Below, in pieces: positions 12,601 through 30,652 of a stretch of 64,000 nucleotides of DNA. Numbering within the stretch: position 1 is the first letter of the stretch; the number at the start of each line of letters is the position of its first letter. Location: NCBI GenBank assembly GCA_009602735.1, contig WELA01002297.1, forward strand, positions 718,773 through 782,772, given 5' to 3'. A program made the position numbers and the translations under genes. The DNA comes from Mesotaenium endlicherianum (lineage: Eukaryota). The notes under the pieces were generated by a model. That model was given only the letters and a program-made list of their open reading frames with translations. It made no database searches and had not been told where the DNA came from.

Positions 12601-15028
12601 GTCTCAGTTCTCGTGGGCAGCTTTCTGGTCCGAAACGAGGGGTGGAGACGAGACGCAGGGGGGGAAAAGGGGGGGGGNNNNNNNNNNNNNNNNNNNNNNN
12701 NNNNNNNNNNNNNNNNNNNNNNNNNNNNNNNNNNNNNNNNNNNNNNNNNNNNNNNNNNNNNNNNNNNNNNNNNNNNNNNNNNNNNNNNNNNNNNNNNNNN
12801 NNNNNNNNNNNNNNNNNNNNNNNNNNNNNNNNNNNNNNNNNNNNNNNNNNNNNNNNNNNNNNNNNNNNNNNNNNNNNNNNNNNNNNNNNNNNNNNNNNNN
12901 NNNNNNNNNNNNNNNNNNNNNNNNNNNNNNNNNNNNNNNNNNNNNNNNNNNNNNNNNNNNNNNNNNNNNNNNNNNNNNNNNNNNNNNNNNNNNNNNNNNN
13001 NNNNNNNNNNNNNNNNNNNNNNNNNNNNNNNNNNNNNNNNNNNNNNNNNNNNNNNNNNNNNNNNNNNNNNNNNNNNNNNNNNNNNNNNNNNNNNNNNNNN
13101 NNNNNNNNNNNNNNNNNNNNNNNNNNNNNNNNNNNNNNNNNNNNNNNNNNNNNNNNNNNNNNNNNNNNNNNNNNNNNNNNNNNNNNNNNNNNNNNNNNNN
13201 NNNNNNNNNNNNNNNNNNNNNNNNNNNNNNNNNNNNNNNNNNNNNNNNNNNNNNNNNNNNNNNNNNNNNNNNNNNNNNNNNNNNNNNNNNNNNNNNNNNN
13301 NNNNNNNNNNNNNNNNNNNNNNNNNNNNNNNNNNNNNNNNNNNNNNNNNNNNNNNNNNNNNNNNNNNNNNNNNNNNNNNNNNNNTCCCCCCCCCCTCTTT
13401 CCTCTTTCCTTCTTCTGTGTCCCTCATGGCAACGACGCCAAAGTCCTCGTCGTTTCTTTGGCCTGAAGCTGCTGCTATGGACCCGCTCGCCACTTGTCCC
13501 ACACCACGCCAGGTGTTGCCTTCACTGACCCTGTTAATTCAGCCGGTGCCGTTGCTTGCCCCACTCGGGGGGGGCTGGGGAGAGAGAGGGGTCTGCGCGG
13601 GCGATCGTGCGACAAGTGCCCCCCACTTCTTCTGACAATGCCAAGGGTCCGGCTGGGTACTGACAGCGGGAACGGTGGCTGCGGGCGGGGGCGGCACGGG
13701 TGCGTGGGCTGGCGGCGGGCGGCGGGCGGCAGGGTGAAGCACGTGTACGGGTACGAGCTGGTGCCGGCGGCGGTGGCGGACGCGCGTCGCAACGCCACGC
13801 GCAACGGCATCGCCAACGCCACCTTTGTGGAGGGCGACCTCAACCGCCTCACCGACGACTTCGGCAGCGGCTTCCCGCGCCCCGACGTCATCGTCACTGG
13901 TGAGCCTCACCCTACGCGTCTCTCCTCGCCCCGACACGTGGCGTGCCACACTACGTCAGGTCAGCTCACGCGGTGCCACGTCGCCCTTCAGCACTGCCGC
14001 TGGCTGGCTTCTTTTCATTTGCTCCAGCCCACGCCTGGGGGTGGGCGGAGTCAGGCAGGGAGAGCAAGCTGGCCCGGGTGCGTGCCATGAGCGACGGGAG
14101 GAGTGGAAGGGGAATGAGGAGCTAACCATGCTCCTGGGTATCGTTGTCATACCTCCTGCGGCCGTTGAGCCGTCTGCTGCTGGCGGTACTCATCCGGTGG
14201 TAGTCAGGTGCCGCCTCGTCGAGTGCAAGCGTCTCACGTGCTCTTCCTCTTTCTGCCTGGCCGCTGACGTGTGCGCGGCGACCAGACCCCAACAGGCCGG
14301 GCATGCACCCCAAGCTGCTGAAGTTTCTGGCGGAGTCGGGCACGCCCCGCATCGTGTACGTGTCGTGCAACCCCGGCACGTGCGCGCGCGACCTCGACTA
14401 CCTCTGCCACGGGCCGGTGCGTTGCTCCCCTCCCCTCCAAATCTCTCGCAGCATCTGCCGCCGAGCGTCGTTTCTTCGGGGGAGATTGGAACGAGGTGAC
14501 TTGCAGTGTTGAACTTTGTCCTGGCGCTTGAACTTCTCCTGGCGTCCGGCGTGTCCTGTACACGTGGCGCAAGCTGGGCCCGTGTCTCTCATGCACGTGG
14601 GTATGCCTGTTGTTCGGCGAGAGCGCCGGTCACTGTGTCAAACTTTGGTCAGTGTGAGTCAGCGGGGCCAAATGGCATTCCATGTTTGTTTTGCTGGCGA
14701 CTTTGTGATCGCTGTTGAGGGCCATAGGGTTTCCTTAAAGTGGTTGCAAGCGGAGTGTGTTTCCTCGCGAGTTTGGCCTGCTGTGTGTTCTCCTGCCAGC
14801 TGCAGCGGCCTGGCAGTGTGGCTGAATGTTTTGTGTCTGGTTTGACCTGACATTGGAGGCATTCTTTTTTGCTTGAAATTGCACGCGCAGGATAACAAAG
14901 GCGGGCCCTACAGGCTGGTGAGCATTCAGCCTGTTGACATGTTCCCGCACACTCCGCACGTGGAGTGCGTGTCTGTGCTGCAGCTCAGGGAGGACTGGCA
15001 GCCGCACGCATCTGCAGGGACTCCTTAG
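6647..15028 (+). CDS. RumA/TrmA-family RNA (uracil-5)-methyltransferase with TRAM domain, probably organelle-targeted
   Basis: Ten exons: 6647-7219, 8125-8238, 8500-8748, 9646-9942, 10287-10399, 11223-11334, 12158-12429, 13733-13899, 14286-14416, 14891-15028 (TAG), with matching phases. Motifs: TRAM (CESLAFKGLGVCK...ALPGE), CEHFPACGGC Fe-S motif, YRNKMEFSF, SFFQTN, LDLFCGTGTIG, DPNRPG, catalytic YVSCNP, VDMFPHTPHVE. N-terminus looks like a transit peptide. Confidence 0.93.
9002..9100 (+). ncRNA. Intronic box C/D snoRNA, snR38/SNORD1-like (copy 1)
   Basis: 9-bp terminal stem CAGCTGGCC/GGCCAGCTG. C box ATGACGA at 9012-9018. Guide AACGTCGCTAT at 9025-9035 is complementary to LSU rRNA AUAGCGACGUU. 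D'-like CTGC at 9037-9040, internal inverted repeat CGGACC/GGTCCG, C' TGAAGA at 9064-9069, variant D box CCGA at 9088-9091. Confidence 0.75.
11608..11706 (+). ncRNA. Intronic box C/D snoRNA, snR38/SNORD1-like (copy 2)
   Basis: Near-identical to 9002-9100 (offset 2606). C box at 11618-11624, guide at 11631-11641, canonical D box CTGA at 11694-11697. Terminal stem retained, with one G-C changed to G-U. Confidence 0.82.
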
Positions 15029-16277
15029 CGTCTCGCATAAGCTGTTCAAAAAGTCGACGTGTTAGTATCTGTGTAAGGTTCTCGAGTTGACGAGGGAAGC
15101 ACCCTGCTCTATGACCCATATAGTGCGTAGTAACAGGCACTGGTTGTGCGGGGAGGATCTGCGCTGAGATGCTGAGTGGAGTATCGTGCGGTGTCACGCG
15201 CCTGAAGCATGTGAGGATTACTTGGATTACAACAATAGCATCTCACGTCCTTGTTTGCATGGTTCCCGCCAGAGTTAGAACGAGCCAGCTCCTGGCGCCC
15301 CCCTCCAGTACTTTTATGGGACAGGTTCTGGCTTGTCCGTCTCAAAGCCAGTGCATGTTTCTGCTGTGTTGTCTTCAGCAGGCAGCATCTTGTAGTATCA
15401 GGACGGGGTTGTTCACAAGTAAATAGAACTCTGCAGGCCTGTATATTGGTTCACAATCGTAGGGACATTTTGTATTCAAGAGCAGAACTGAAGAAGTTAC
15501 GCCAAAATCATGGCAGAGTACTATGCGGAGTAAGCTCAGCTAGCAACGACTGTAAGATGTAATCATGAGATCAGTGTGTCGCGTTATAACGTACATGTTG
15601 ATGGTGTAGATTGCTTGTATAGTTGTTGTACAACATCAGGTAAGCAAAATGGAGGCAATTCACTTGCAGCTTCAATTGTGCTGTTGCATTAAGATTTTGT
15701 CATGGGCAAATACTCCTCACTTCTGCAATGTACATCTAAGATTAATACTTCCATGCACTTGTACGTGTATGAAAAGCTTTATTCTTCTTCATTTGGGTAA
15801 ATGAAGTTGCCCTGCTAAATATTGTTCTGGTCTTAACTTTGACAAGTAGACATAAACTCCTTGCATTACTGCTTACTGCTTGTATGAAATAGCTAAATCT
15901 TCTGATATAATTTTGAAAGTGCACCTCTGTATCAGCTTTGCAGGAGGATCATGAGACGCAGTCCGTAGACCGAGTAGTGGCAAGCCTGCAGACTATGATT
16001 GATGAAGCACTAAAGGGTAGACTGGTATGCATATGAGACATCAAAGAATATCTACGAACGAAGGTTCACACAACTCAGGCTAGTAGCAGCCATACTTGTG
16101 TGCATGAACTTCCCCCCCTTTAGTTGCAATGCAACAGAGAAGCTTGCCCGCTGCCCTCAGCAGATCTGCATCATTATTCTGCTATGCATCCTACAACTCC
16201 AAAAGTCCAGTTGTTTCTTCCTCAGATGCGGAGTGGGCACCACAGATGACAGCTTGCCCTTTGTCCTGCACGGTTTC

Positions 16278-17727
16278 CTACTGCCTGTAGTATGGGTGCT
16301 TGGCGACGTTGATCACAAAGTCGTGGATGGTACAAGTTTGTACGGCTGCTGCCATCTTCTTCGCAAATTCCCTATGGGCAGGGTGGTCCAAAAATACCTT
16401 GACATCCTCCTTGCTGTCGAAAATAGACACAAAGGTGTAGTTGAGGCCGTTACACTTGGCCTCGGAACTGAGGCCCATGCCGGTGATCTGAGTGCCCCTG
16501 CACACATATTGCAACTCAGGAGGAGTTGAAGGAGATGGAGCACAAAAGGAAGCGTCAAATACAGGTGGGATTCTGCCCTTCACCTGCCACTCACTAGCCA
16601 CCAAGCCCAACATTGGCCTCCACCTAGCAAGCTCAGCAACAACTATGTGTGAATAGAGGCAAAGTGAACAAGCTGCAAACACAGCTGGTTAACTCAGCTT
16701 TCAAAGCTCTTCCCAATCCCAATCATGCGCACTCTGTATCCTTGCACCATGCACTGTGCCAACTTCTAGCATAGAGGATGACTCACCAGCCCCTCTATCG
16801 ACAGGTTCTTAACACTCATCTCTATCTTATGGAATATTGCAGCCAGAATGCACCCCTAGCTGGTGCTTACATTTGGCAGATATGGGTCATATTTGAACCA
16901 ATTGTATACACGCTCGAAGGCCCTAGGAGCACAAGAGTTGGAAAGTTCAGCAGGTACATATATTCTGTCAGCAACTGGCACCTTCACGTAGTCGACAACA
17001 AGTTTAAGTCGCGTACCACTGGCTGAACCAGACGTTCACTCATGAGGTTTGCTGTAGCTAAACCAATCCTATCATAGTAGAGGAGGTCGTACGGTCACGG
17101 TTGCTTGTATTTGCGAGGCAGCTATGAAGTTTCTCCGCATCATTTTTTCCCGACGTAAGGAAAGTCACAATTCTAACCGGCTCAGACTCTTAAATGTGAA
17201 ACAAAGTGCTCAGATAGTTAGTGGTCTTCATCACTGACCCATCACTGTCATGAAGCACTTTCTTCTTTATCTGGCGCTGCATTTGTCTCCATCCTAAACT
17301 ACAGTTTATGCAAGCTATCGTATCGGCATGCATTTCCACCAAATATGTTGTGTGCCTTGATCGGATTGACCACTTCGGCAAAACTTTACTAAGCAGTGAA
17401 ACTGAGAGCTTGAAAGGGCAGACAGGTTACACCGGAAGCACAGTGTTGGTATAGGAAAGGAGGAAGGAGAATGTCAAGGTAAACGCACCATTCAAACCCC
17501 TTCATCTCTTTGATCTGATAGACGAGATCCCTGTATCCTGCAATGACCTCTTGGATCTCCTCTTCTGTCAAGCTGTCCTTGAACTTTGCCAGGAATATAT
17601 GCTTAACAGCAGTCTTTTTTAATCTTGGCTTCAGGAATGAGCGGGTGAGCAGGTAGCCGGTAAAGACGCTAGCAAGAGCTACTCCGGCTGCCATTCCCGT
17701 GCTGACAGTTGATTCAGTGTGGTTCAT
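16278..17727 (-). CDS. Stress-responsive A/B barrel (Dabb) domain protein
   Basis: Exons 17727-17489 and 16497-16278 (phase-2 intron rebuilds a TGG codon). Protein ...VKHIFLAKFKDSLTEEEIQEVIAGYRDLVYQIKEMKGFEWG...NYTFVSIFDSKEDVKVFLDHPAHREF... matches the Dabb pattern, including the HPxH motif. Confidence 0.88.
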
Positions 17728-18183
17728 TGTGTACTGCAATTATGGCTCAAATGCAATTTCTCCAAGCTCAAAAAACTGTCAAGTCACCCTGAAACTTATT
17801 TCTCTTCAGTAAGCACAACTAGCTAAGAAGATAGTAAAAGTCTGATGCGGTAAGCTGGATAGCCCAGACTATACTGATGAAAATGGCTCGAGACCAATTA
17901 GGAGTCAGAATCGCTCAGAACATTCTTTTCCCATTGAGGAAAGCTCAGAAATATGGACCAAGGCATGTAAGGTGCGTGCCTTGGCGGTCTTACGTGATGG
18001 ACAAGCTCCTCGATCAGTCAATGTACGTATCGTACGATTCGTTGTCTGGATGCCGGAGCACCGACAATAGTAACACGAGCGTCAGTGGTGATCCGTGGCC
18101 TCGTTTGCGATGCCTGCAATGGTCCACGTTACGCACTAGTATCTCTATTATGACCACCGACTCAAAGACCTGCCGACCGACTG

Positions 18184-18269
18184 CTCCAGAGTCCCATGCA
18201 GCTCCAGAGTCCAGAGTGCTCCAGAGTCGGAAGTCCAGACTGCTCGAGTCCAGACTCCAGAGTCCAGAC
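18184..18269. repeat. Degenerate TCCAGAG/TCCAGAC minisatellite in the divergent intergenic region
   Basis: About 8 copies of TCCAGA(G/C) within about 85 bp. Confidence 0.65.
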
Positions 18270-18610
18270 ACGCCCGGAAGGCACCCATGAGGCCAGCTAG
18301 TGCTAAATCCACGTCGCTCCTGCAGCTAGCGTATATATTGGTACAATCCATTACAAACCATCCTTCTCTATAGGAAGCAGAGGTGCTATTGAGTTGCTAT
18401 ATCACGGATCCGCTAGCGGGATACTGGTGAAGGGCCGGTGAACAAGGCACTTAATTTTAGAGTGTTCGTCCAACTTTCTCAGAACTTATTTGCTTTGTGA
18501 CTAGCTTATTGATTCGTATAGTACAAAGGACGTGCTTCCTTCTGACATTGTGTAGCATCGAAAGTTGATTACTTTCTCTCTCAAGGAGGAAGAGACCGTG
18601 TAGCTTCTAG

Positions 18611-19481
18611 ATGGCTGCTCTCACGCTTCCTATCTTATCAAATATCTACGGTTCACGTGCATGTACCTTTGAAGGGAACGGCGAGCTTCGTCACTCCCAG
18701 AAGTCCTACTCCATTAATACGTCTATTGCACTTACCTCGCATCGTACTTTAAGTAAAGGGTTGAGCTTGGGAGCTAAAACAGGGAACTTTTGTCGATGGA
18801 GAAAGCAACTGTATACGTCAGTGAAAGCGACTGCTACCACTTCAACTCCAGTTTCGACCTCAACAACTGACGGCGAAGTACGTGAATCGTTATGATCAGC
18901 TTGTATGTTCTTTGCTGCTATGTCTGGATGATGCCAGGTTTGCTAAGAGGGCGCTGTAAGCTATCCCAGTAAGGGTTACAAGATGAAGCTTGATAAGAAG
19001 CCTCTGTTTCAACGTTGCTGGGTCTGACTTTACCGAAACTAGGTCGTTGTTCGGCTAGTACGTGTTCGTTTCAAATCCATACCTTATTTAGTGTTTTAAA
19101 CAAGGACTTATCAGCTGGACAGCAGTTCCTTTTTTGGGACCTGCTGATTGTTAGTATTTCCTTTCTATATCTGGTGTTGACGTTCATGTAATTGCTCTTC
19201 ACTGGGCAACCTGCAGAGCCAGCGAACGGTAAATGGGGAATCAAAGGAAGATGTGCTGGCGTGCCCCATTTGTCACCAGCCGCTGGTGCGAATAGGCCCC
19301 AAAGGACTCAACAGGTAGAGCTCTATAATCGTCGTAGAATCGAGCTTATTGAGCCGTTCCATGACAATATGTTTCAGGCGATTCCGTGTCTCTACTTTTT
19401 TGGTTTACACTCTAGTCTCCGATTAGCTGTCTTGCTTATAGCAGTTTAACGTGCGCGCACGCGCGCGTTTTCTGTGCTGCT

Positions 19482-19516
<35 letters not shown>

Positions 19517-21167
19517 ATGTGTGTGTGCGCGCATGTGTGTGTGAGCGTAAGTGCGTGTGCGAACGTGTCTGTATGCGCGCGTGCGCGCACAGTACTGTGT
19601 GTGTGTGCATGTGTTTTTTGATCTACTATTCAAGTCAAAACTTCTCATATGAGAAGCACTTGAGATTCACAGGTTTGCACGTGACAGGAAGTTTGCTGTT
19701 GCTGTTGCTGTTGCTGCTGCTGTTGCTCCTGCCGCTGCTGCTCCTAGTCGTTGCCAGGTTGCTTCTTCCTGCGAGTGTCCTCTCACTCTGCTGGCTGCAC
19801 CTGTGCCTGCCTGCACGCGCGCGAGCGTTGCGCGGTGCAGGAGGGCAGTGGCGCAGTCGGGCTTCAAGTGTGAGGGATGCCGGCGGGCCTTCTCCAGCAG
19901 AGAGGGCTTCCTGGACCTCACCATCACGGGCAGCACCAAGCAGTACAAGGAGCAGGGCCCTGGGGGCGTGGAGACCTTCAGGTGTGCTTGCCTTGTCCGT
20001 ATAGTCCTTGTTTCTACTTTCATTTGTCTGCTTCATGTGTACACGTATGTACACGTGCATGCGCACGCGCACGCGCACAAAAACGCACACACACACCACA
20101 CGCGCGCACACGCACATGCACACGTACACGCACACACACACACGTGCATAGAACCACTTGAGAACTGCGTGGATGTGAATGTGGCATGGGATATGTGTCT
20201 GATTGAATCTTCCTTTGAACCTATGCTTAGTGTCCATGTGTGCACAATACTCCTGCATATATATATGCATATATAGTATATACATATATGTATGTATACA
20301 TATACATATATGCATAATTAGTAGTGTTCATCTATCTACTACATATACACATACGAGTATATACATGTGTTGTATATACACACAGAAATGTATAAAGTCT
20401 ACACCCATGTGCATTTGCCCGTACAAGTGCACATACTAATGTGCAATCATAGGTGTGCATACACATTCAAAAGTGTGTGTGCTTCTAGTGAATACCCCGA
20501 CATGCATGTGGCAGCAGATGTGCAAAACGTTCCTTGGCGCTCTTCTACTCATGTGAACATATAAATCAAGTAGGAGTTGTGCACATGCATCTGTGTATGC
20601 ATGTGTATTGGCGCACACACTCTCGTCCCATGCAGCTGCACGCACAAGAAGCTGGACACTGAACGTGTTCACAAATATTGCGCAACGCATGGGACAGGAA
20701 CCCGTGGGTGTCGTATGTGTACGAGCGTGGCTGGCGGCAGTCCTTCGCCCGCGCCGGCTTCCCCGGCGCCGACGAAGAGGTGCTGCCCTCGCGCCTTCCT
20801 GCTCTCGCTCTCCTTGTCATTCTCCTCCGCATTTGGTCCCACCGTCATGTGAGTCGGTTGCTCGCTGTTGCCGGCGGCTCCTTCTCTCGCAACCGTACTC
20901 ATGGCCGCCCTCCTCCCAAGTGGTGGTCATTTCAGATTCAAAAATATGAGCGCCCGCGCGCGCGCGCGTGGAGATTGAATCTTTCTCACGTGCATGTGCA
21001 GAGTGCAAGCATGTGCAAAGAAGGTGGGGTTTGAGGCGGGATACTTGCCGTTGAGTGCACGTCTTGGTCAGGCACAGGCAAGCGTGAAGGACATGCATAC
21101 GCACTGCACCTATAGAATATACGCATGTGGATATGCATACACGACTTATGCATAGGATACGCGCATG

Positions 21168-21198
<31 letters not shown>

Positions 21199-23868
21199 GC
21201 ATACAATATGCTCACAGCGCATGTCGAGTTGTGTTAATTAGTCGACGTTCTGTGCTGGGTCGGCTCCACGCTGCCAGGTCTGCTGACTTTATCCTTCTCT
21301 TTCTCGCTGTGTGTGTGTGTGCCTGTGCGTGCGTGCGCGCGCGCGTGCATTTGCGTGTGTTTCTGCATGCACGCCTGTGCGCTTATGCATGCGTGTGCGT
21401 GTCATTGCGTACACGCGTGTGTGTCCGGGCGCGCATGAGGCGAGCGCAGTTCCGGATGGCGCAGGAGTACCTGGAGCCGGCCAGGGGCGGCGTGCTGCTG
21501 GACGCCAGCTGCGGCAGCGGCCTCTTCGCGCGCCGCTTCGCCAAGAGCGGCCGCTACGGCGCCGTCGTCGCGTCGGATCTGTCGGAGACCATGCTGCGCC
21601 AGGCCACGGAGTTCGTCGCACGCGACTCCGCCCTTGACGACGCGTACGTGCGCCGCCCTCCTCCTCCTCCTCCTCCTCCTCCTCCTCCTCTCCCTCTTTT
21701 GCTCTGTTTGGTTTACTGTCTGTCTGTTGTTTGTGTATTTGTGTGATTGTTTCTTTTGTTTGGTCGGTTGGCGGGAGACAGAGGAGTGCGTGCAGCTCTG
21801 CCGCATGCTCGCTCGTCCACGTGCATGCGCGGGCTGTTGTAGGCACTTTTTAGTTCCTCCCTCCCTCCCTTCCTCCCTTCCCCCCTCTTCCTCTGCCTCT
21901 TTCCTGCCTCCCGTTTTCTTGCTCAATCTTTTGCCGCATGCTCTCTCCCTCGCACGCCTGCAAATATATGCAGGCACTTACACATCAGTTGGGGGCTCTC
22001 AAAAGCGCATCTCAGGTTGGGCTCACTGTTCATGCCAGAGGCGGGAGAGAAGACTGGTCTGCTTGGAACAGGGGGGAGGGAAAGAGGAAGGGCTCGCTGC
22101 AGAGGGAAGGAGGCTGTGGCCGTCATGGGGCAGCGGTGGCCACGGGGCTAGGTCCTTGAAAGCCAGAGAGAGAGGCTTGCATCGAGGACGGTGCAGAAAC
22201 GGCGGGGGGGGCTCCTCACTGCGGCCCCATCTCTAGCCTTCTCAAGCCTTCGCGACAAGTGAGGCTCTTTGTTGGTGGGTGAAATGCAGGGAACAGATTT
22301 GTCGGTTCTGTTGACGCGCGGAGACTCTGTTGACACCCCCTGTTTCTCTTACGTGGCTCCCGTGCCACCTGGCACCTGCGGGGACTGCTTTCTGGCCACG
22401 GGAGGGGATGGGCGTTTCACCTCAGGGCCCTGGTCAGTCAGTGCCTGCTTCTGCGCGTCTGAGCGCGTGTGTGTGCATGCGTGCGTGCGTGCGTGTGGTC
22501 GTGGGGGGTACGCTCGGGGACGGGGTGGGGTATGCAGGAACGTGGCGCTGGTGAGGGCTGACGTGGCAAGGTTGCCGTTCAGGTCGGGGTCGGTGGACGG
22601 CGTGCACGCGGGCGCGGCGCTTCACTGCTGGCCCTCCCCCGCCCTGGCGGTCAGTCCCGGGCCCCCTCTCTGCCCCCCTCCCCCTCCCCNNNNNNNNNNN
22701 NNNNNNNNNNNNNNNNNNNNNNNNNNNNNNNNNNNNNNNNNNNNNNNNNNNNNNNNNNNNNNNNNNNNNNNNNNNNNNNNNNNNNNNNNNNNNNNNNNNN
22801 NNNNNNNNNNNNNNNNNNNNNNNNNNNNNNNNNNNNNNNNNNNNNNNNNNNNNNNNNNNNNNNNNNNNNNNNNNNNNNNNNNNNNNNNNNNNNNNNNNNN
22901 NNNNNNNNNNNNNNNNNNNNNNNNNNNNNNNNNNNNNNNNNNNNNNNNNNNNNNNNNNNNNNNNNNNNNNNNNNNNNNNNNNNNNNNNNNNNNNNNNNNN
23001 NNNNNNNNNNNNNNNNNNNNNNNNNNNNNNNNNNNNNNNNNNNNNNNNNNNNNNNNNNNNNNNNNNNNNNNNNNNNNNNNNNNNNNNNNNNNNNNNNNNN
23101 NNNNNNNNNNNNNNNNNNNNNNNNNNNNNNNNNNNNNNNNNNNNNNNNNNNNNNNNNNNNNNNNNNNNNNNNNNNNNNNNNNNNNNNNNNNNNNNNNNNN
23201 NNNNNNNNNNNNNNNNNNNNNNNNNNNNNNNNNNNNNNNNNNNNNNNNNNNNNNNNNNNNNNNNNNNNNNNNNNNNNNNNNNNNNNNNNNNNNNNNNNNN
23301 NNNNNNNNNNNNNNNNNNCCCCTCCCCCTCCCCCTTCCCCCCTTCCCCTGGTCCTACCCGCCCGCCTGTCTGCCTGCCTGCCTGCCTGCCTGCCTGTCTC
23401 CTTCGGCAAGCCTGCAGGGAAGAGGTGTGCCAGTGGTGGTGGGGGTGGGGATTGGGGGGGGGTGCAGCCATGTCATGCCGGCACTGATTGCTGCCCTTGC
23501 CTGTGCTGCTCCCGGGCGGCGACGGCGGGGTGCTCCATGATTTATGATTCTCGCCTGCTTAGTCAGATGGGCGGGGGAGCAGCATGGTGTGTGCTGATGT
23601 TGGAAACTTGTACGTGGAACCGGAGGAGCGCCCCAACGCTGCCTTCTCGTGTGTGGGAGCCTGGGCGTGTGGGTGCACGGGGGCGTGTGGGGTGTGGGTG
23701 TGGTTGCGCGTGCGGGTGTGGGTGCGGGTGTGGGGGTGTATCGATGTATGGGTACTTATGTGGGTGCACATCTTAATGTGAAACAGACGCGTGTTTGTTG
23801 AGAAGGAGCATTGGGACAGTCACTTGTTTGATGCTTGAAGGGCCTTTCTCTGCTTCCTCCTCCTCCTC

Positions 23869-23902
<34 letters not shown>

Positions 23903-25511
23903 GCTCGTCTCTATCACACACTCAGCGCGTATGTTGACATGTGTCAACGGAGGAAGGGTCGATTGGATTTGGAGAAGTGTGGTGGCTCCTCTTTGAGCTA
24001 GCAGGCTGGTCCTCCCGCTGACGAGAGTGCGACAGGTGTCGGTGGCTGAGTGCAGGTGGCGGAGATTAGCCGGGTGCTGAGGCCGGGCGGCGTGTTTGTG
24101 GCCACCACGTTCCTCAACCCGCAGGCGCCACTTGGCAGCCGGCTGCTCAAACCCGTCCAGCAGGTGCTCTTTCTCTTCGTCTGGTCCTTCTTCTTCTTCT
24201 TCTTCTTCTTCTTCGTTTCCTCCCTGGTCTTGTCCTCCTTTTCTCCTCTTCTCCCTGTTGACCTTCTCTTGCCTTCTTTTTCCTGCCCTCCAGCGTCCAG
24301 TTCATCTTCTCAGATATTCCGGGGAAGGACCTTCCGTGGAGAGGCTGAAAAGCCGCAGAGGGAAGGGAGAAGAGGGAAGACGGAGGGAGGGAGGGGGGNN
24401 NNNNNNNNNNNNNNNNNNNNNNNNNNNNNNNNNNNNNNNNNNNNNNNNNNNNNNNNNNNNNNNNNNNNNNNNNNNNNNNNNNNNNNNNNNNNNNNNNNNN
24501 NNNNNNNNNNNNNNNNNNNNNNNNNNNNNNNNNNNNNNNNNNNNNNNNNNNNNNNNNNNNNNNNNNNNNNNNNNNNNNNNNNNNNNNNNNNNNNNNNNNN
24601 NNNNNNNNNNNNNNNNNNNNNNNNNNNNNNNNNNNNNNNNNNNNNNNNNNNNNNNNNNNNNNNNNNNGGGGGGGAGGGAGGACAGAACGGGGCCTAAAGC
24701 TGACCCGTCAACACAGGCGGGCCTTTTTCCTCCAAGATGAAGCATTTTTGCTGTTCCAAGTGCTATTGACACCTGCAGTTGGGTGGGGGCGACAGTGCAT
24801 TTGCTGTTGCAATACTGGCTGTCCTGATGATTGTGCATGATGTCGCACGCCGGCAGGCCCGCCTGGCGCTTGACTAGGAAATGGGGTTTGGGGCTAGGGT
24901 GTAAGGGAAACCCTTCGCCTCTCTTTCAGTGTGTGCCAGCTGTGCTTGCTCGTCGCTGTCGACAACATGTGCCCAGGAATGCCTTTGGCTAAACCCTTCC
25001 AAGCTGCACGTGTGTCCTTTGGTGGGCCGCCTGCTTCTAAGCTGTCAAAAATCCGGCACCCCAAGGCTGTGAATGGCTAGCATGATCAGATAAGGCTTGG
25101 ATAGCTGTTGCCTCTTGCCACGGCTTTCTGGCTGGTTGAGCCTGTGGCGTGGTGCCGCCACATGTCCGTGCTACCCACCCCAGCCAGGCCGGGCACTATC
25201 TATGCGTGGGTTTATAAAATATGTATCGTATCAAATATATACGAAGTACATGTGGTAAGAGATGTACAATCCAATTTATGACAGTGTGCTGGAGGGCATT
25301 GAGAAGCGTATCCCGATGACATGTGGCGTGATCTCCACGGGTTTTTGGTAATGATGAGCAGGCGCTGCTGGGCAACCAGGGGAGGACGGGGTGGATGAAG
25401 TACTGGGAGCCCGCGGAGCTGGAGGAGCTCTGCAAGGCGTGCGGCCTCGCGCTCTACACAGCCGACGTCCGACAAGACTTCATCATGCTCGCAGCCACCA
25501 AGCCCTCTTAG
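18611..25511 (+). CDS. Plastid class I SAM methyltransferase (Methyltransf_11/UbiE-like, At2g41040-type)
   Basis: Exons 18611-18877, 19217-19314, 19841-19981, 20698-20779, 21450-21643, 22538-22649, 24056-24163, 25362-25511. Ser/Thr-rich transit peptide. Motifs [73 protein letters not shown]. Confidence 0.92.
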
Positions 25512-26561
25512 CTGGTGCCCATGGGTTGGTGCTTTTTGATGTTTTTGCGGCAATCGGCCAGCCTTGATGTTTTTGCGGGAATTGTCGGCCGGTGCAGTAG
25601 AGAGTAGGCTGGGTAATGCGTGTGAAGAACTTGAGGGGGTTCTGGTCTCCTTTCTTTTCCTTCACCCCTTATGAGCTGGTTAGTAGGCCATTTATTTGGT
25701 GACTGGCGAGGCCTTTCGTAGACCTTGCTTGGCTGGTTCAGTGTTGAGAATATGCGTGTATTTGGAGCTCACAAAGCTCACAGTCTGTTTTTGTATATAT
25801 GGGAGAGCAAATAGTACGTTGACAACATGTTGAGCGATGGTTGCAACATGGAGAAATTAGTGGCTGTAGCTTAGTACCTTTGTTTCGACATTTGACTATC
25901 TTATCAAAAAAATGAGCATCGATGGATTTATGAAATCAAAATATGAAAGTGGACATCCACCACTCTTGAGTACCGGTACACTCACCATACAGTATTGGTT
26001 TCTCTTTCCCCACACTAGCCGTCTCCAGTTCTTGCTGTGACATGAGAAGAGCACCTAGGGAACCAACAATTGTCTAGCCTAGTCAAGCAGAGTATTTCAG
26101 GCAGTCCATCTGCACAGACAAGCCTTTTGCTGGCAACGCACGTCTTTTCCAGGAAAGATTCCAAAGCCATCTGCATGAATGAAACATGTGTGACAGAGTA
26201 ATACAAAATTCATCATAGGTTGATTACAAACCTGGAACGTATGTGCAGCTTGGCCACTTCAGCAGCTACAGAGGTAGTCCAGGTTATTTGTGGAGCACGA
26301 TACAAAATACATACAATATCATCGCCCTATTTGCAATCAGATCTTCCACCTAACACCGTAAGCATGTCACAGCCGAACCTACTCTGACTCCACTCGACAG
26401 TCCTAATCACAGATACTAAAGCCAGCTGCCATGGGACAATCTTCGAGCTCACCCAACCTACAAACTAATACGCAGAGGGTATGAGGCCTTGAGAGGCCTC
26501 ACGCAGTCAATTCTGTATCCTTTGTGGTTCCCTCACTCCCCCCCTTTCTCTCGCCCGAGCC

Positions 26562-30652
<4,091 letters not shown>

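Noticed and set aside
12041..13635. Long ORFs crossing N gaps (also near 22.7, 24.4, 32.8, 39.4, 42.6, 53.2 and 63.1 kb)
   Set aside because: Their length comes from runs of X; only the exon parts are supported.
18184..18269. Short repeats as a CRISPR-like array
   Set aside because: Units are about 7 bp with no unique spacers, in a eukaryotic context.
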